Below, one piece after another: positions 35,701 through 46,159 of a stretch of DNA of 52,532 nucleotides. Source of the stretch: a virus (lineage: Duplodnaviria; Caudoviricetes). The stretch is taken from IMG/VR virus record IMGVR_UViG_3300032046_005782, positions 1 to 52,532 of that record. One strand, given 5' to 3'. The notes beneath the pieces are model-generated. The model was not told the origin of the DNA. It made no database searches and saw nothing but the letters and a program-made list of their open reading frames with translations. Numbering within the stretch: position 1 is the first letter of the stretch; each line of letters opens with the position of its first letter. The position numbers and the translations under genes are program-made.

Positions 35701-38700
35701 AATCGCCAAGGAGCAGGGGGCAGTCAATACAGCCACAGGGCGGTATGCGGCTTCTACCAAGGGCGCCTTCGGGGCTTTGGGGCAGTACGGGCGCGAACTG
35801 TCCAGGGCGCGCATGGAATCCCATGGCCTGTTCATGGTCATGGGGGATATCTCCAATATCACTCGAACCATCCAGTACACATCGGCTGCGCTGGCGGGAT
35901 CGCTCACGATGGCGGCTAAGTCTTACCTGGAGTTGTCCAGGCAGACCGACATCGCCTCGCGGTCGCTCTTGCTCAATCAGGAATTGACCGAGGACATGCG
36001 CGGGGCGGTAATCGATATGTCGTCGGAGTTGGCGCTGATTGATCCGCAGCAGACCGCGGAGGCGGTCACGGTTTGGGCGCAGGCTACCGGCCAGCAGGTG
36101 ACCAGTCAGGAGGAGTTGAATCGCCTTCTGGAGGAGACAATCCCCATCCAGCAGTTGGCGGTCCTAACGCAAACCCAGGCGGCTGCTGTGACGGATGGGA
36201 CGGCGGCTGCGCTGCGGCAATACGGGCTCCGCCTAGATGAGACTAACCGAGTGACCGCGATCTTCGCCAAGATTGCGGACGACACCCTGGCCACTGTGGA
36301 GGACATGTCCCAGGCGTTCAAGTTCGTGGGTCCGCAGGCGCATACGATGGGGGAAGAGATCGAGGATACGGCTGCAGTCCTTGGCATCATGGCCAATGAG
36401 AACATCCGGGGTTCCCAGGCGGGTCGGGCGTACCGCCAGATGCTGCTGTCGCTCGTCGAACCAACCCAAAAGACCAGGGATGCGCTGATGCAGGCGTTCG
36501 GGACTGAACAGCCATTCTATACCGCGGAGGGGACGTTCGTGGGCCTGACGCAGGTAATTGACATGCTGGCGGCTGCTTCGGAAAATGCTACCGAACAGCA
36601 ACGTGAAGAGCTGCTTGCGACTATGTTCACGGCCAATGCCATGCCTGCAGTCGTGGCGCTGGTCAATCAGCAGATCGAGGCGCGAAAGAAAGGTATCAAC
36701 ATCGTCAGGGCTGAATCGAAACTCCTGGCGGGTACGGTGGACGCGGAGGTCGAGGCTTACGCGCAGTTGCGGCTGGAGACGGAGGGTGTTTCAATCTCCA
36801 TGATGGGCGCGATGGACTTGTGGAACAAACAACTGGGGGACTGGGAGCAGTCGGACGTCTACCGGGTCCAGCAGGCGGAGATGCGGTGGAAAGCCTTCTG
36901 GTTGAAGATCGGCGAGAGTGCGCTGAACTTCGCTATCCCCTACATCACAAAGGGCGCTGAAATCCTGAAGGAAGTCACGGGCATAGTTTCGGCCCATCCA
37001 GAACTTGGGACGTTGGTCGCGGTGGCTGCTGGTGGAACGATCGCTGCGACTCTCCTGCGGACGGTCATTTCGGGCATGCGCTTGGTCACCAGCATCAATA
37101 CCATGGGGACTGCCCTTCAACGAACGATGGCGGCGCAGGGGACTGCGGGGACGCAGTTCCAGGGCCAGGTAGTGGCGGCAGGCGAGCGGTTCGCGGCTAT
37201 CGTGGCGGGGGCGGCTAACCAGGCGGCTGGTACAGAGGTCGTGGGGGCGACTGAGGAGACGGCTATCGAGAAGGCGGGGGCGGTCGAGGAGGTGGCCATC
37301 GAGAAGACCGGGGCGGCTACGTTTGCCAGTACGGCGGCCAGCCTTCTCGGTCGGGCGCTGCTGGCCTATGGCGTGGGCGAGGCACTGTCACGAGGCCTGA
37401 CGGGCCAGGGCCTGGCGGGCTGGTTCACGACCGCTGAGGGCGAGGCTGCTGGCCAGGCGCGTGCTGCCGGCCTGGCGGATCAGACCAAGGTGGAGATGGA
37501 GGCTGCGCTGGCCCAGGTGCGCGCGGACATGGAGACGGTCTCGAGGTACGCTTCCGAGACCACGGGCCTGGTCGAGTTCTACGGTGGCCAGTTGGAGTTG
37601 TTGTTCGGCCAGACCATCAAACCAGAAGATTACGCGCGGATGGTCGAGTTGATGGGCGGGCGGACGCAAACTTTGAGCGCGACTGCAGTCACTGACAAAC
37701 TCGCAGAATTGCGGACGACCGAGCAGGCGCTGGAGGATGCGCTGGTGGCCATCGATACCGAGGCGGGTGCGGCTGAGGATGCTGCCGGGGCGACTGACAA
37801 GTTGTCGACTGCCCTGTTCAAACTACCTGCTGCGCTGACGCAGGTCGAGCAGTTGACGGACGAGGAATCGAAGGCGGTCGAGTTATACGTGGAATTGCTC
37901 AAGAAGCAGACGGAGGAGACGACTCGCTTTAACGATGCCCTGGCGGCTGCGCTGACGTCCATGCAGGATGACCTGGCGAAGTTGGAGGCTGATTACAACG
38001 AGCGGGCGGCGAAGGCAAACGCGCAGTTCGAGGCGGAGCAGTCGGATGCCGAGCGCCAGTACCATCGCCAACGACAGCGGGAGTTGGCCGACCATCTGAT
38101 CCAGATGGGGCGAATGGAGGAAGACCACCTGCTGCGGATGGATGATCTGGCGCGTGCACGGGACGCGATGGGCATGCTCCAGGAGCAGGAATCCTACGGG
38201 GTCCAGAGGTCGCGCGCGGAGGAGGACTTCGCTCGTCGGCAGGAACAGGCGGGGGCGGACTTCACGGAATCGCAGGCTGAACGGGCCAGGCAGCATGCGG
38301 CTGAGATGGCCGACATGCGGGTGCAATACGAAACCCAAAAGGCGGAGCGCCTCGCCCAGTACCAGGAGCAGGTCGAGAAACTCGCGGCTGAACATCAGGC
38401 TACGATGGATAGGCTTGACAAGGAATACTTCGACAAGATCAATGCTGAGTTGCGGTACTTCCAGCAAAGTCAGTTGATCCAGGCTCAGTACCAGGCGGCG
38501 ATGCTCAAGGATGCGCAGACCTGGTTGGCGTCCAAGCGCAGGCTCTGGCAGGACTTTGTCCAGAACCTGCCCGTTCCAAATAGGACTTACCCTGTGAAGG
38601 GCAGGCAGGCGGGGGGCTATATTCACGACACCGATGCATACCGGATGCATCGAGGCGAATTTGTGCTTGCCCCTGGCACTACTCGTGCACTCGAGCAGGG

Positions 38701-38896
38701 CCTGGGTCCGCTTACCCAGTCGCGGCTGGTCGAGGGGGCGATGGGCAGTCGGGCTGTCCAAACTACCCAGGCGCTTCACCTGGTGCAGCAGTTCGAGTTC
38801 CATGGGGGTTTCTCCGATGCCGAGCGGCAGTGGTTCCGGGGCGTTGCGGCTGAACAGGCAAAGGCGGCGTTCGCCGAGGTTCTTGGAGGGGTATAG
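32765..38896 (+). CDS. Tail tape measure protein (TP901-type core)
   Basis: About 2040 aa, helical; TVEDMSQAFKFVGP...IEDTAAVLGIMANENIRGSQAGRAYRQML; C-terminal MHRGEFVL. Confidence 0.95.
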   Translation: MAERYEIKISIDGREAEGEAKRLRQVIEEQITGAGAIQFDVSGLERLLAAKGSQVAIQGMVQITGLDQAETALRLLQEQAAQRILIQGSVDIQGLTRAQEQMRAMHEDAGALGRSIASGLGRTWVSLEEKLSTLQGQITGLVRVGQASHIAPDLLEGMPELEQALSSQDKRTLDLSLRMQELQARITQLNQAFAELGSVKVQPLGGGGLRTLSEMFKGLEEPYHRDKIRKMVQGIDEELAPLEKILSQRMDEAAAAARARAGPLAEAVAQVRAELEAKLAEKPGTITSMTGAITEEEKAWEAGFAELEQKYMALTQEYDAVRSQAMTGDAEDLKNQMALRRSQLTQPLREEFQFWREWSTGSVEQISADLRAAGQSAAAQALQEMQGIFEERKRLQTQFKRAFGGLAKGGEVELPKEAQGTMVDFITAERSLEQVAGQTTGILEGQRTTIQGLVRVMDEAALAAAGLGKTERFALAQMEAVGRREIRAETKTGVPLEDAAAQVTEIMARLTVEAQKLHAGITAAMEGEQARQAAEKSGRGIVGVWEWVRERLVGHSIIPEMVQEIQVWLASIGQQDVFSSVASQGEGAADRLVRAFSQIASAFPAEQVAGQIRVLQQEISALEGQFMEASVRGSEASERYRLGFEEAANEVRRVLGESAEIEGKLAQGMLPAGFKVGAGESIWQKGEGEARARYGETAAEGDRWYQALRSNIEEIGRQDQAEMDRLANAIVQKQAQVAALQHAQLVQQAEAYERILAQSPPADPGERQALADQLAATYNQIGVSEDALLRAADQVGESVALEAQRQTERIQEEAREFVTGGEGQALLGAAKAEVAERSQAARAQAETIIAEARAATEAQIQEEKRLTAETVAETKVRVAQKTEAADRVTIRAQAAREVEVLGAKAAVAAVTEAEKRTTALTKAQIQDQTRLIKEKERALALEGQARQMAAQLGIQWDTYIQKAIEAGVPLQTIVGTLQRIAKEQGAVNTATGRYAASTKGAFGALGQYGRELSRARMESHGLFMVMGDISNITRTIQYTSAALAGSLTMAAKSYLELSRQTDIASRSLLLNQELTEDMRGAVIDMSSELALIDPQQTAEAVTVWAQATGQQVTSQEELNRLLEETIPIQQLAVLTQTQAAAVTDGTAAALRQYGLRLDETNRVTAIFAKIADDTLATVEDMSQAFKFVGPQAHTMGEEIEDTAAVLGIMANENIRGSQAGRAYRQMLLSLVEPTQKTRDALMQAFGTEQPFYTAEGTFVGLTQVIDMLAAASENATEQQREELLATMFTANAMPAVVALVNQQIEARKKGINIVRAESKLLAGTVDAEVEAYAQLRLETEGVSISMMGAMDLWNKQLGDWEQSDVYRVQQAEMRWKAFWLKIGESALNFAIPYITKGAEILKEVTGIVSAHPELGTLVAVAAGGTIAATLLRTVISGMRLVTSINTMGTALQRTMAAQGTAGTQFQGQVVAAGERFAAIVAGAANQAAGTEVVGATEETAIEKAGAVEEVAIEKTGAATFASTAASLLGRALLAYGVGEALSRGLTGQGLAGWFTTAEGEAAGQARAAGLADQTKVEMEAALAQVRADMETVSRYASETTGLVEFYGGQLELLFGQTIKPEDYARMVELMGGRTQTLSATAVTDKLAELRTTEQALEDALVAIDTEAGAAEDAAGATDKLSTALFKLPAALTQVEQLTDEESKAVELYVELLKKQTEETTRFNDALAAALTSMQDDLAKLEADYNERAAKANAQFEAEQSDAERQYHRQRQRELADHLIQMGRMEEDHLLRMDDLARARDAMGMLQEQESYGVQRSRAEEDFARRQEQAGADFTESQAERARQHAAEMADMRVQYETQKAERLAQYQEQVEKLAAEHQATMDRLDKEYFDKINAELRYFQQSQLIQAQYQAAMLKDAQTWLASKRRLWQDFVQNLPVPNRTYPVKGRQAGGYIHDTDAYRMHRGEFVLAPGTTRALEQGLGPLTQSRLVEGAMGSRAVQTTQALHLVQQFEFHGGFSDAERQWFRGVAAEQAKAAFAEVLGGV

Positions 38897-38898
38897 GG

Positions 38899-39282
38899 AT
38901 GGCCGTCTACGATTTCGAGATCGGCGAGGACGAGGTGGGGATGGTCAATCTGGAAGAGTTGACCGTTCCGGTGTTCGCTCCCAGGTCGGGGTATAAGCAG
39001 TACCAGGTCGAGATTGACTTGGGCGATCTTACTGTCCGCGGGTTCGGACGGCCGTCGGCGACTTGGCGGTGGGGGTTCCTCACCCTGGCTCAGCGTGATC
39101 AATTGCGGGAGTTCTGTGCGGGCAAATCGGCCAGGGTCTACATCCAGACCAAGAAACGTGACGATACCCAGGAGTATGCGGTTTTCTACGCGGTCATGGT
39201 CTGGCCTGAAGAGGAGGAGGTTACGGCAGGGCGCGTGCTGGACATCGAGATCCGCTTCCGGGACATGGTGGAGGTCACCTGA
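38899..39282 (+). CDS. Putative distal tail protein
   Basis: Position right after the tape measure gene. Confidence 0.6.
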   Translation: MAVYDFEIGEDEVGMVNLEELTVPVFAPRSGYKQYQVEIDLGDLTVRGFGRPSATWRWGFLTLAQRDQLREFCAGKSARVYIQTKKRDDTQEYAVFYAVMVWPEEEEVTAGRVLDIEIRFRDMVEVT

Positions 39283-42200
39283 TGGGTTGGGACTTGCGAG
39301 AGTTGAACGAGGGCGAGTTGGGTAAACTGGTGGCCGATGGCCAGGCATCGCGGGTCGGTCTGGCTGTTCAGCCTGTCAAGGTCATCTTCTCCGGTCGGGT
39401 GGCTGCTCCACTCCCGGCGTCCAATGACCGGGTGGTCCAGATCACTTTCTCTGATGGGCCTGCCTGGGCCAGCATCCTGCCCGATATGACACTGTTCGTG
39501 GGGACAACGGGGACGGGGTCTTATGACGTCGGGATGGTGCGGATCAGGAAGGTGGGGAGTTCCTCGATCCTGTGCGTTTCTGAATGCTCAGACGTGGTTT
39601 GGGCGGTGGGCCAATACCTGACCGTGGTCGAGGACTTTGGGATTTGGGCGCGTCATCTGCGCATCACGGGGACAGATCCGTTCACGGTGTTCATGGACTG
39701 GGACGTGGCTTACAACGACGCTCAACATCTGAACTGTGATCCTGTTCCGGTTCTTGGGCCCCACGTGGTCAAGAAACTGGCGGGGGCTACGGTCCAGGTG
39801 ACCGGCTTCGATGCGGGCGACTCCTGGGTGCGGGGGTCCACCATATTGGGTTATACCTGGCTTGCCCCTGGGTCATCTGCGAGATCGGGTATGGACTCGG
39901 CGACTCCCACCATCACTTACAATGCGGCTGGTTGGTATCGTGTATCCTGCACGGTGGCGGCTTTAAACGGTAAATCCTTCACGGGCTATCGTTACGTGTG
40001 CGTGTACGATGATGCCCATCCCCCCCTGTGGGCGGTCGAGTTGGGTTCCTGCGAGGGCGACTTTGGGCGGGGCGGCTGGTCCTTCCGGGTCACGGTGCAC
40101 GACGATGCTACCCTGGCCGACATCCGAAACCGGGCGCTGGTCATCCTGTTCGCCGAGGACGTGTATGGATCGGTGGAGGGGTCGGTCGGGATCGTCAAGG
40201 ATCGGGAGAACATCCTGGCCATTGGTTGGATCGTCGGTGAATCTATCGTGCACGATCCTGTCCATGGAACGGTGGAGTTTACTGCCGAGGGGCCACACTC
40301 CCTAATCGAGAAGATCGTGGGCTTCCCGTCGGGGGTCAAAGACGTCGGGCCTGCGACTCCGGCTTCCTGGCTGGAGATGCAGAATATGAAGGTCGAGGAT
40401 GCCCTGTGGCACTTCCTCCACTGGCGGTCCACCTGCACTCGGATGATGGATGTGTTCCTGCCTGGCTCAAATATCCCCATCGGCCTGGTCAATTCGGGCC
40501 TGGCGACTCTGTGGCAGCAGATGGGGGAAATCTCGGCTGCTACCATCAAGGCTGCTCCGGTCTGTGACCACCTGGGGCGGCTGTTCATCCAGACCAATAG
40601 CCAGTTGGTTCCGGTGGCGGATCGGGCTGACATACCTATCATCTTGGCTATTCAGCCTAACTACTGGCGGGAGAGCATCCAGATCGAGCGGGTCACGGTC
40701 TCGCCGGTGGGGCGGGTGGATCAGGCAGGAGTGGCCTGGTCGAACGCGACTCAGACGGGCACTCCCCATTTCTCCCTTGCCCCAGGGCATGTCATGAAGC
40801 AATACGGATCGGTGCAGGCTGAAGATCGCCTGGCGCTGACCGGCCAATCGCAGGCTAACCTCCTGGCGGGGCTGATCCTGGGGAATGCCCTTAACCCATA
40901 CCCTTCCATTTTGGTCCGCTTCGCCATGAATCTGCGGGCGCTGGACATCCGCCCCTGGCAGTACGCAACCATTACCCTCGCGGCTGATGACAATCCCAGG
41001 GGGATCGCCTTGACCAATTTCAAGATCATCCCCAGGCGGATCACGCTCTCCTTCCAGGGCGGCGAGGAAGGCGGCGTTGTGCTGGCCGATGTGGACTTCG
41101 AGGGCTACACTACCGAGACGACGTCGTGTGATGGGGATATCCCGGCGACTCCCCCATCGCCTGCTCCCCCACCTGATCCTCCTGCTCCCCCTGCTCCCCC
41201 TGAACCGCCAGGCGTTCCTGCTCCGGATACGATGCTGATCTTCGACCGGATCAACGTCGTGTTGACCGAGGACTTCCAATCCACCAATCCCACCTGGCGT
41301 GATGTGCGGGGCGCGATCGCTGGAGCGATCTGGTCGGTCCATCTGGATTTGTTCGATGGCCAGGGGGCCTGGGCAGTGTCGGGCACTTCAGGCAATTGGG
41401 ACAACGATACCGGTGCAGGTGTCGGGGTTTGGCGGTGTGACGACATCTTCGCTGAGGCTCCGGCCTGGCGATTGATCTTCTCGCAGGCTGATGCCTACGC
41501 TGCGCGGGTGCCGGCCAAGAGTTGCGGGACTTACAGTTTCGGCGATGCCTGGGGGCAGATCCGCAGTCTGGTTCCTATCGGGCCAGGAGAGGCCATCACG
41601 GCTTCAGTCTTTTGGCATGGTCTTGGCTTCGGAGAGACGGGTTCGGTTTCAGGGAGTACGTTTTACAGACTCAGTCCATACTCCGGCTGGTTCGATGCGG
41701 TGTTGAGTAGCGGGGCCAACATCTGCGGGTTCTGCCCTTCGAGCATCTGCCCTTCTCCCCCTGGTGGCGGAGAGCGGTACTGCCATGCTGGTGTTGGGTA
41801 CTGTGCACAAAATATACTTATGAACCAGTACGATCTGCGCGGGTGTCACCAACTTGGGTTTGACGGTCTCGAGATCGTCCCTGGCGGGGTCGAGTTGATT
41901 GTTGATGGGCGGGCGTACTGCTTCGTGAACATCCCTACCTGCCCAGGGCCTGCCTACGGTTGCCCGACAGGGTATACAACGAAGAGATGGACTCCTGCTG
42001 GCCCATTGACGGAGGGTTGGGTACAGACCAGAAATGGTGCGCGTCATGCGGTGAATTATGAGGGACAGTGGCACTCTACCACTGAAGACAGTTCTACCGG
42101 CGCAGGTGGGGCGGGTGCATTGTGGCGAGATCCAGGTATCCTGGTGGATGACGAGATTTTCGATGCTTACTCATTTGTGAACATTACGGCGGGCAACGAT

Positions 42201-42584
42201 GGCCTGTATTGGGTCAAGTACATGGGGGAGGGCGATGAAAAGTGCGGCATAAAGCGGGACGGGGCGTGGTTGGGCGTCGACAGTGACGAACTGTACGGGG
42301 CGTCTGGATGGGGCTACACGCGGGGGCGGATTGGGTACTTGGGCGCTGTTCCCATGGATGGCGGCGATGGGTTGGTCATAGTACGGAAAGACCAACCCCA
42401 TATCGGGCAACCCAACAAGCAGATCGTCTACTGGTGGACTGAGGCGCATGGGATACAGGACAAAACGGGCAACCTGATCAGCGTGGTCACGACGTGGTAT
42501 GGGACGGGGTCTACAGTCGATGGTGGGTGGAATTACAGGGGTGACAACGTCGGGGCATCCTGCCTGGTGGAGTTGCTGCCGTGA
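39282..42584 (+). CDS. Large tail tip/hub protein with PKD-like domain, Pro linker and Cys/Gly-rich C-terminal domain
   Basis: 1100 aa; FDAGDSW...YTW...PTITYNAAGWYRVSCTV; PPSPAPPPDPP linker. Confidence 0.75.
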   Translation: MGWDLRELNEGELGKLVADGQASRVGLAVQPVKVIFSGRVAAPLPASNDRVVQITFSDGPAWASILPDMTLFVGTTGTGSYDVGMVRIRKVGSSSILCVSECSDVVWAVGQYLTVVEDFGIWARHLRITGTDPFTVFMDWDVAYNDAQHLNCDPVPVLGPHVVKKLAGATVQVTGFDAGDSWVRGSTILGYTWLAPGSSARSGMDSATPTITYNAAGWYRVSCTVAALNGKSFTGYRYVCVYDDAHPPLWAVELGSCEGDFGRGGWSFRVTVHDDATLADIRNRALVILFAEDVYGSVEGSVGIVKDRENILAIGWIVGESIVHDPVHGTVEFTAEGPHSLIEKIVGFPSGVKDVGPATPASWLEMQNMKVEDALWHFLHWRSTCTRMMDVFLPGSNIPIGLVNSGLATLWQQMGEISAATIKAAPVCDHLGRLFIQTNSQLVPVADRADIPIILAIQPNYWRESIQIERVTVSPVGRVDQAGVAWSNATQTGTPHFSLAPGHVMKQYGSVQAEDRLALTGQSQANLLAGLILGNALNPYPSILVRFAMNLRALDIRPWQYATITLAADDNPRGIALTNFKIIPRRITLSFQGGEEGGVVLADVDFEGYTTETTSCDGDIPATPPSPAPPPDPPAPPAPPEPPGVPAPDTMLIFDRINVVLTEDFQSTNPTWRDVRGAIAGAIWSVHLDLFDGQGAWAVSGTSGNWDNDTGAGVGVWRCDDIFAEAPAWRLIFSQADAYAARVPAKSCGTYSFGDAWGQIRSLVPIGPGEAITASVFWHGLGFGETGSVSGSTFYRLSPYSGWFDAVLSSGANICGFCPSSICPSPPGGGERYCHAGVGYCAQNILMNQYDLRGCHQLGFDGLEIVPGGVELIVDGRAYCFVNIPTCPGPAYGCPTGYTTKRWTPAGPLTEGWVQTRNGARHAVNYEGQWHSTTEDSSTGAGGAGALWRDPGILVDDEIFDAYSFVNITAGNDGLYWVKYMGEGDEKCGIKRDGAWLGVDSDELYGASGWGYTRGRIGYLGAVPMDGGDGLVIVRKDQPHIGQPNKQIVYWWTEAHGIQDKTGNLISVVTTWYGTGSTVDGGWNYRGDNVGASCLVELLP

Positions 42585-43666
42585 CGAATACACGGGCCAG
42601 TCTGGCGCGAGTGCAGGCGCTGCTCCGCCAAACTCTGCGGGACTATGAGCAGGTACTGCCACAGTTCCCGGCGATCCTGGGCCTGGGGGACGGGACGGTC
42701 CAGGTTACGGACAAACCTGGGTATGTTTGGGTGCGGTTCGGGGCCATCGGTAACGAGGGGGTCTCGATGGTGTGGAACCAGGAGGTCCAGTATCGAGACG
42801 GCCTGGCGATCAAGGTAGGCTATAGGACTGAACAGCCAACGTTATTACAGGTCTTGTGTCAGCGGGAGGTCTACGCGGGGCAGGCGGATGGGTTCATCCC
42901 ACAGGTTGTTCCCCATCACCAAACCCACCAGTGGGAAGATCCGAGTGGGGGGGACGACGTCGTGTACGTGCAGGTGCGCCAGTGGATGGCTTTGCGGGTT
43001 GGCGTGGCTGGTGAATTCTCGGTCTCTGTTCAGCCTGCCATAGTCGGGCGGCAGGGGGTTTGGGTGGCCCTGGAAACTCAAACGATCGATCTGGAGGAGT
43101 ACGTTCCCGTGGGTCTATATGCGCGGTACGTTCTGGTGGCGCTGGACGAGACGGGAGCAGTCTGCGCGGTTCCTGGCTCACTCGTCACTCCACCCGCCGC
43201 TATCACCATTTCAAGTTGTCCCTGGCCTACGTCTACGGATATGATACCCCTGGCGGCTGTACGGATGTACCAGGGTCAGCCAGAAATCTCAGACGTGCCG
43301 GGCAATCGGGACATCTTCGATCTGCGGTGGCCACAGTTGGGTGGCGCAGGCGCCATTCCCCTGCTGGACGCGATCGCGGCAGTGGACTCGGCCATGGAGC
43401 AGATGGATACTTACCTGGTGCGGCGCGCAGACACGGTGCAGAACCAGGCTCAGGCGGGCGGTCTCGACCACGACGTCTACCTGACACAAGATCGCCTCGT
43501 GCAGCAGGGCCAGGCGTTGCGGATGGTTCTGGCTGCCGGTGATCCGGATGTGGAGTTCACCATCATCTGGCTGTTCCAACGACTGGTTGCGCTGGAGCGG
43601 GTCGTGGTGGCCATGGACTCCGCTTTGGATATGGCCATCAGTGGCCATGTGACGGTCAATGCTTAG
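42581..43666 (+). CDS. Minor tail protein
   Basis: In the tail operon with coupled overlap. Confidence 0.65.
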   Translation: MTNTRASLARVQALLRQTLRDYEQVLPQFPAILGLGDGTVQVTDKPGYVWVRFGAIGNEGVSMVWNQEVQYRDGLAIKVGYRTEQPTLLQVLCQREVYAGQADGFIPQVVPHHQTHQWEDPSGGDDVVYVQVRQWMALRVGVAGEFSVSVQPAIVGRQGVWVALETQTIDLEEYVPVGLYARYVLVALDETGAVCAVPGSLVTPPAAITISSCPWPTSTDMIPLAAVRMYQGQPEISDVPGNRDIFDLRWPQLGGAGAIPLLDAIAAVDSAMEQMDTYLVRRADTVQNQAQAGGLDHDVYLTQDRLVQQGQALRMVLAAGDPDVEFTIIWLFQRLVALERVVVAMDSALDMAISGHVTVNA

Positions 43667-43680
43667 TTAGGAGGTTTGGC

Positions 43681-44058
43681 ATGGGTTGGCAGAATACTGC
43701 AAAGGATTGGTCGGGTGTCAATGTCGCAGACCTATGTGATGCGGACGGATACAAACTCATCCGCATCGTGAAGGCGAGTGGCCACACAGCGGTCCAGGTG
43801 ACCGGCGATGCGCAGATCAAGGCATCTGCCGGGGTTCTGTATGGCCTGGTGATTGCGGGCGCAGGTGTCACGGCTGGTAACACGGTGGCCATCAAGGACG
43901 GCGGGGCAGGGGGGACGGTCAAACTGACTTACGTGTTCGGGGCTGCAAACGAAACGAAGCAGTTGGTGTTCGACTTCCCCATTACCTTCTCGACCGACAT
44001 CTACTGCGATGTCACGCTCTCCGGTGGGTCCGCCTACGTGACCGGCGTCTACGACTAG
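43681..44058 (+). CDS. Hypothetical virion protein
   Basis: AGGAGGT RBS; beta-rich. Confidence 0.7.
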   Translation: MGWQNTAKDWSGVNVADLCDADGYKLIRIVKASGHTAVQVTGDAQIKASAGVLYGLVIAGAGVTAGNTVAIKDGGAGGTVKLTYVFGAANETKQLVFDFPITFSTDIYCDVTLSGGSAYVTGVYD

Positions 44059-44068
44059 GGGAGAGGCC

Positions 44069-46159
44069 ATGATTACCATCCACCCAAGGTCTTACTACAT
44101 CGGGACGTCTGTGGAGCGGGCGGCGCTGACTCTGCCTGCGGATGCCCTGGGGGCGCATTTCCTCGACACAGACTTGGGGAGCGAGTTCTTTTGGGATGGG
44201 ACGGCCTGGGTCGAGCATGGCGGTGGAGGCGGCGCTTCCACCTTCCTCGACTTACTCGATACCCCTGGGTCGTATGCTGACGCTGGCCTTTTCCTGGCCA
44301 GGGTCAATTCGGCTGAGGATGCTCTCGAATTCTCCACAGACCTGCCCGACCACATCCACTCCGTTGACGAAGGACAGGGCGGCGTGCTGGATCATGCAGG
44401 GCTGGACGGCCTGGGTGACCACGACCATCCCCTGTACATTCCCATCACGGGGGTCTCGCGGCTGCGCGCGGGTGTGGTGACCGTGTACGCAGATCCGGAT
44501 GATGCCTTCGCGGCTGCGGACACATCGGGTGACGTCATTCTTGTTCCCCCTGGGACGTGGGTATTGTCCAGTGGCCACTCGCTGGCGGCTGGTGTGTCCC
44601 TGTTTGGGTTGGGGCCTGCCGAGGCATGCATCCTATCAGCCAATCTGTCAGGCGAGAGTTACGTGATTGATCTTGCCACTGGCGCCGGCGTTATCCAGAA
44701 TGTCAAGATCGTGGCGACTATGACTCGGAACAACAACGGCATCCTGACAGGGCTGTCTTTAGGTCCAGGGACCACTGCGCGCAACGTCATTTCTGTCGTT
44801 ACGGCTTCCGGGTCAACCTATACGATCTATGGTGCAGGGATTTGCACAAACGGCAATGTGTGGGTGATTGGCTGCAAGGCATATCTCTACATCAGCGGGT
44901 CTACCATCGATGGATACGCATACTACCACTTTGGTGGGTACATCTTCCATTCCTACGGGTACGCGGAGAAGACCAGTGGCGCCAGCACGGTGGTGGCTGG
45001 TTTGTACATGATCACGTCAACCACAGCCTACACGTTTGAATCGACTTTCGAGGCGGGAGGGTCGATTGGCTCGCGGTACGGCATCCATGCGGCCTATGGC
45101 ACAAATTACGTGTTCGTGTGCTTCGCGAGCGGGGCTACTTACGATCTGAACATCCTGAATCCTGCCACTCTGGTCATCTATAATCTAAAGTACAACACCC
45201 TGAACAATGCCGGTACTCTCAGCCAATATGGCGGTGACCGGGCGGGCACCAACAGGGCGGATACCATTTCGGGGCTTTGGACGTTCGACCGTGGGGCGGC
45301 GACTGCTCCCTTCGCCATCGCGCGGGCGGATGCTCCTACGGTGACCAACCTGGATGCGGACAAGTTGGATACTTACGAGGCGAGCGCCTTCCCCAGGAAG
45401 GCAGAGAATGCTACCATCGCAGGGGCGTGGACGTTCAGTGACGATGTCTACCTGGCGGCGTTCCAGGACGTGTTGCCCGATGGCGAGGTGTTGGGCGCTG
45501 GCGTGTTCAAACGGCTATGTAACTACCTGGGCATGGCATCCTATGACGACCACTTCCGGTCAGGGGTCATCCCAACAGGCTATACCTGGGACACAGGGAC
45601 GCTGTTCGTTGGGACTCCGGCGACTCTCAACTATGCATGGGGGGGGTCGTGGCTTGGGGTCGCTCACAGTGGGGCTGGTAAGGGATTTCTGCGCAGGGCC
45701 ATCACTAATGCGGCAGCATCCTGGCAGTTAAAGGGCCTGCGTGGGCGGTTCCGTGTTGGGTCAAGTGGGCGGTTTGGATTCCGGTTCGATAATGGGTCAG
45801 ATGTAGCGAATGATGAGCGGTTTGTCGAGTTGTATACGGATGGGACTGCCAACAATGCTACCCTGACGCTGAACTTCCGGTACAAGAATGCTGCAGGTTC
45901 CCCATCGGTTGTGACGTCGGCGATCTTGATACCGGCGACACAGTATCTGACCTTTTATCTGTACTGTTACCATTCCGGGGGAGTATATTCCGGGTACGGC
46001 TACGTGATAGGTGAAGAGGGGGCGCTTGTCAATGTGTCTGGCTTCGTCATCAACATTTCTGCTTGGGCTCCGTGTGCGGGCCGAGGGGGGATCATGTTCG
46101 AGACGATTGGCGCGTCGAACTATATGTTTTGTGATTGGTTCATTAACACCTTTACTTAG
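44069..46159 (+). CDS. Tail fibre/spike (receptor-binding) protein
   Basis: FLDLLDTPGSY, a beta-helix-like region (SGDVILVPPGT), NLDADKLD; last gene of the tail operon. Confidence 0.8.
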   Translation: MITIHPRSYYIGTSVERAALTLPADALGAHFLDTDLGSEFFWDGTAWVEHGGGGGASTFLDLLDTPGSYADAGLFLARVNSAEDALEFSTDLPDHIHSVDEGQGGVLDHAGLDGLGDHDHPLYIPITGVSRLRAGVVTVYADPDDAFAAADTSGDVILVPPGTWVLSSGHSLAAGVSLFGLGPAEACILSANLSGESYVIDLATGAGVIQNVKIVATMTRNNNGILTGLSLGPGTTARNVISVVTASGSTYTIYGAGICTNGNVWVIGCKAYLYISGSTIDGYAYYHFGGYIFHSYGYAEKTSGASTVVAGLYMITSTTAYTFESTFEAGGSIGSRYGIHAAYGTNYVFVCFASGATYDLNILNPATLVIYNLKYNTLNNAGTLSQYGGDRAGTNRADTISGLWTFDRGAATAPFAIARADAPTVTNLDADKLDTYEASAFPRKAENATIAGAWTFSDDVYLAAFQDVLPDGEVLGAGVFKRLCNYLGMASYDDHFRSGVIPTGYTWDTGTLFVGTPATLNYAWGGSWLGVAHSGAGKGFLRRAITNAAASWQLKGLRGRFRVGSSGRFGFRFDNGSDVANDERFVELYTDGTANNATLTLNFRYKNAAGSPSVVTSAILIPATQYLTFYLYCYHSGGVYSGYGYVIGEEGALVNVSGFVINISAWAPCAGRGGIMFETIGASNYMFCDWFINTFT

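Noticed and set aside
44069-46159. Diversity-generating retroelement target
   Set aside because: No reverse transcriptase and no template/variable repeat pair seen.
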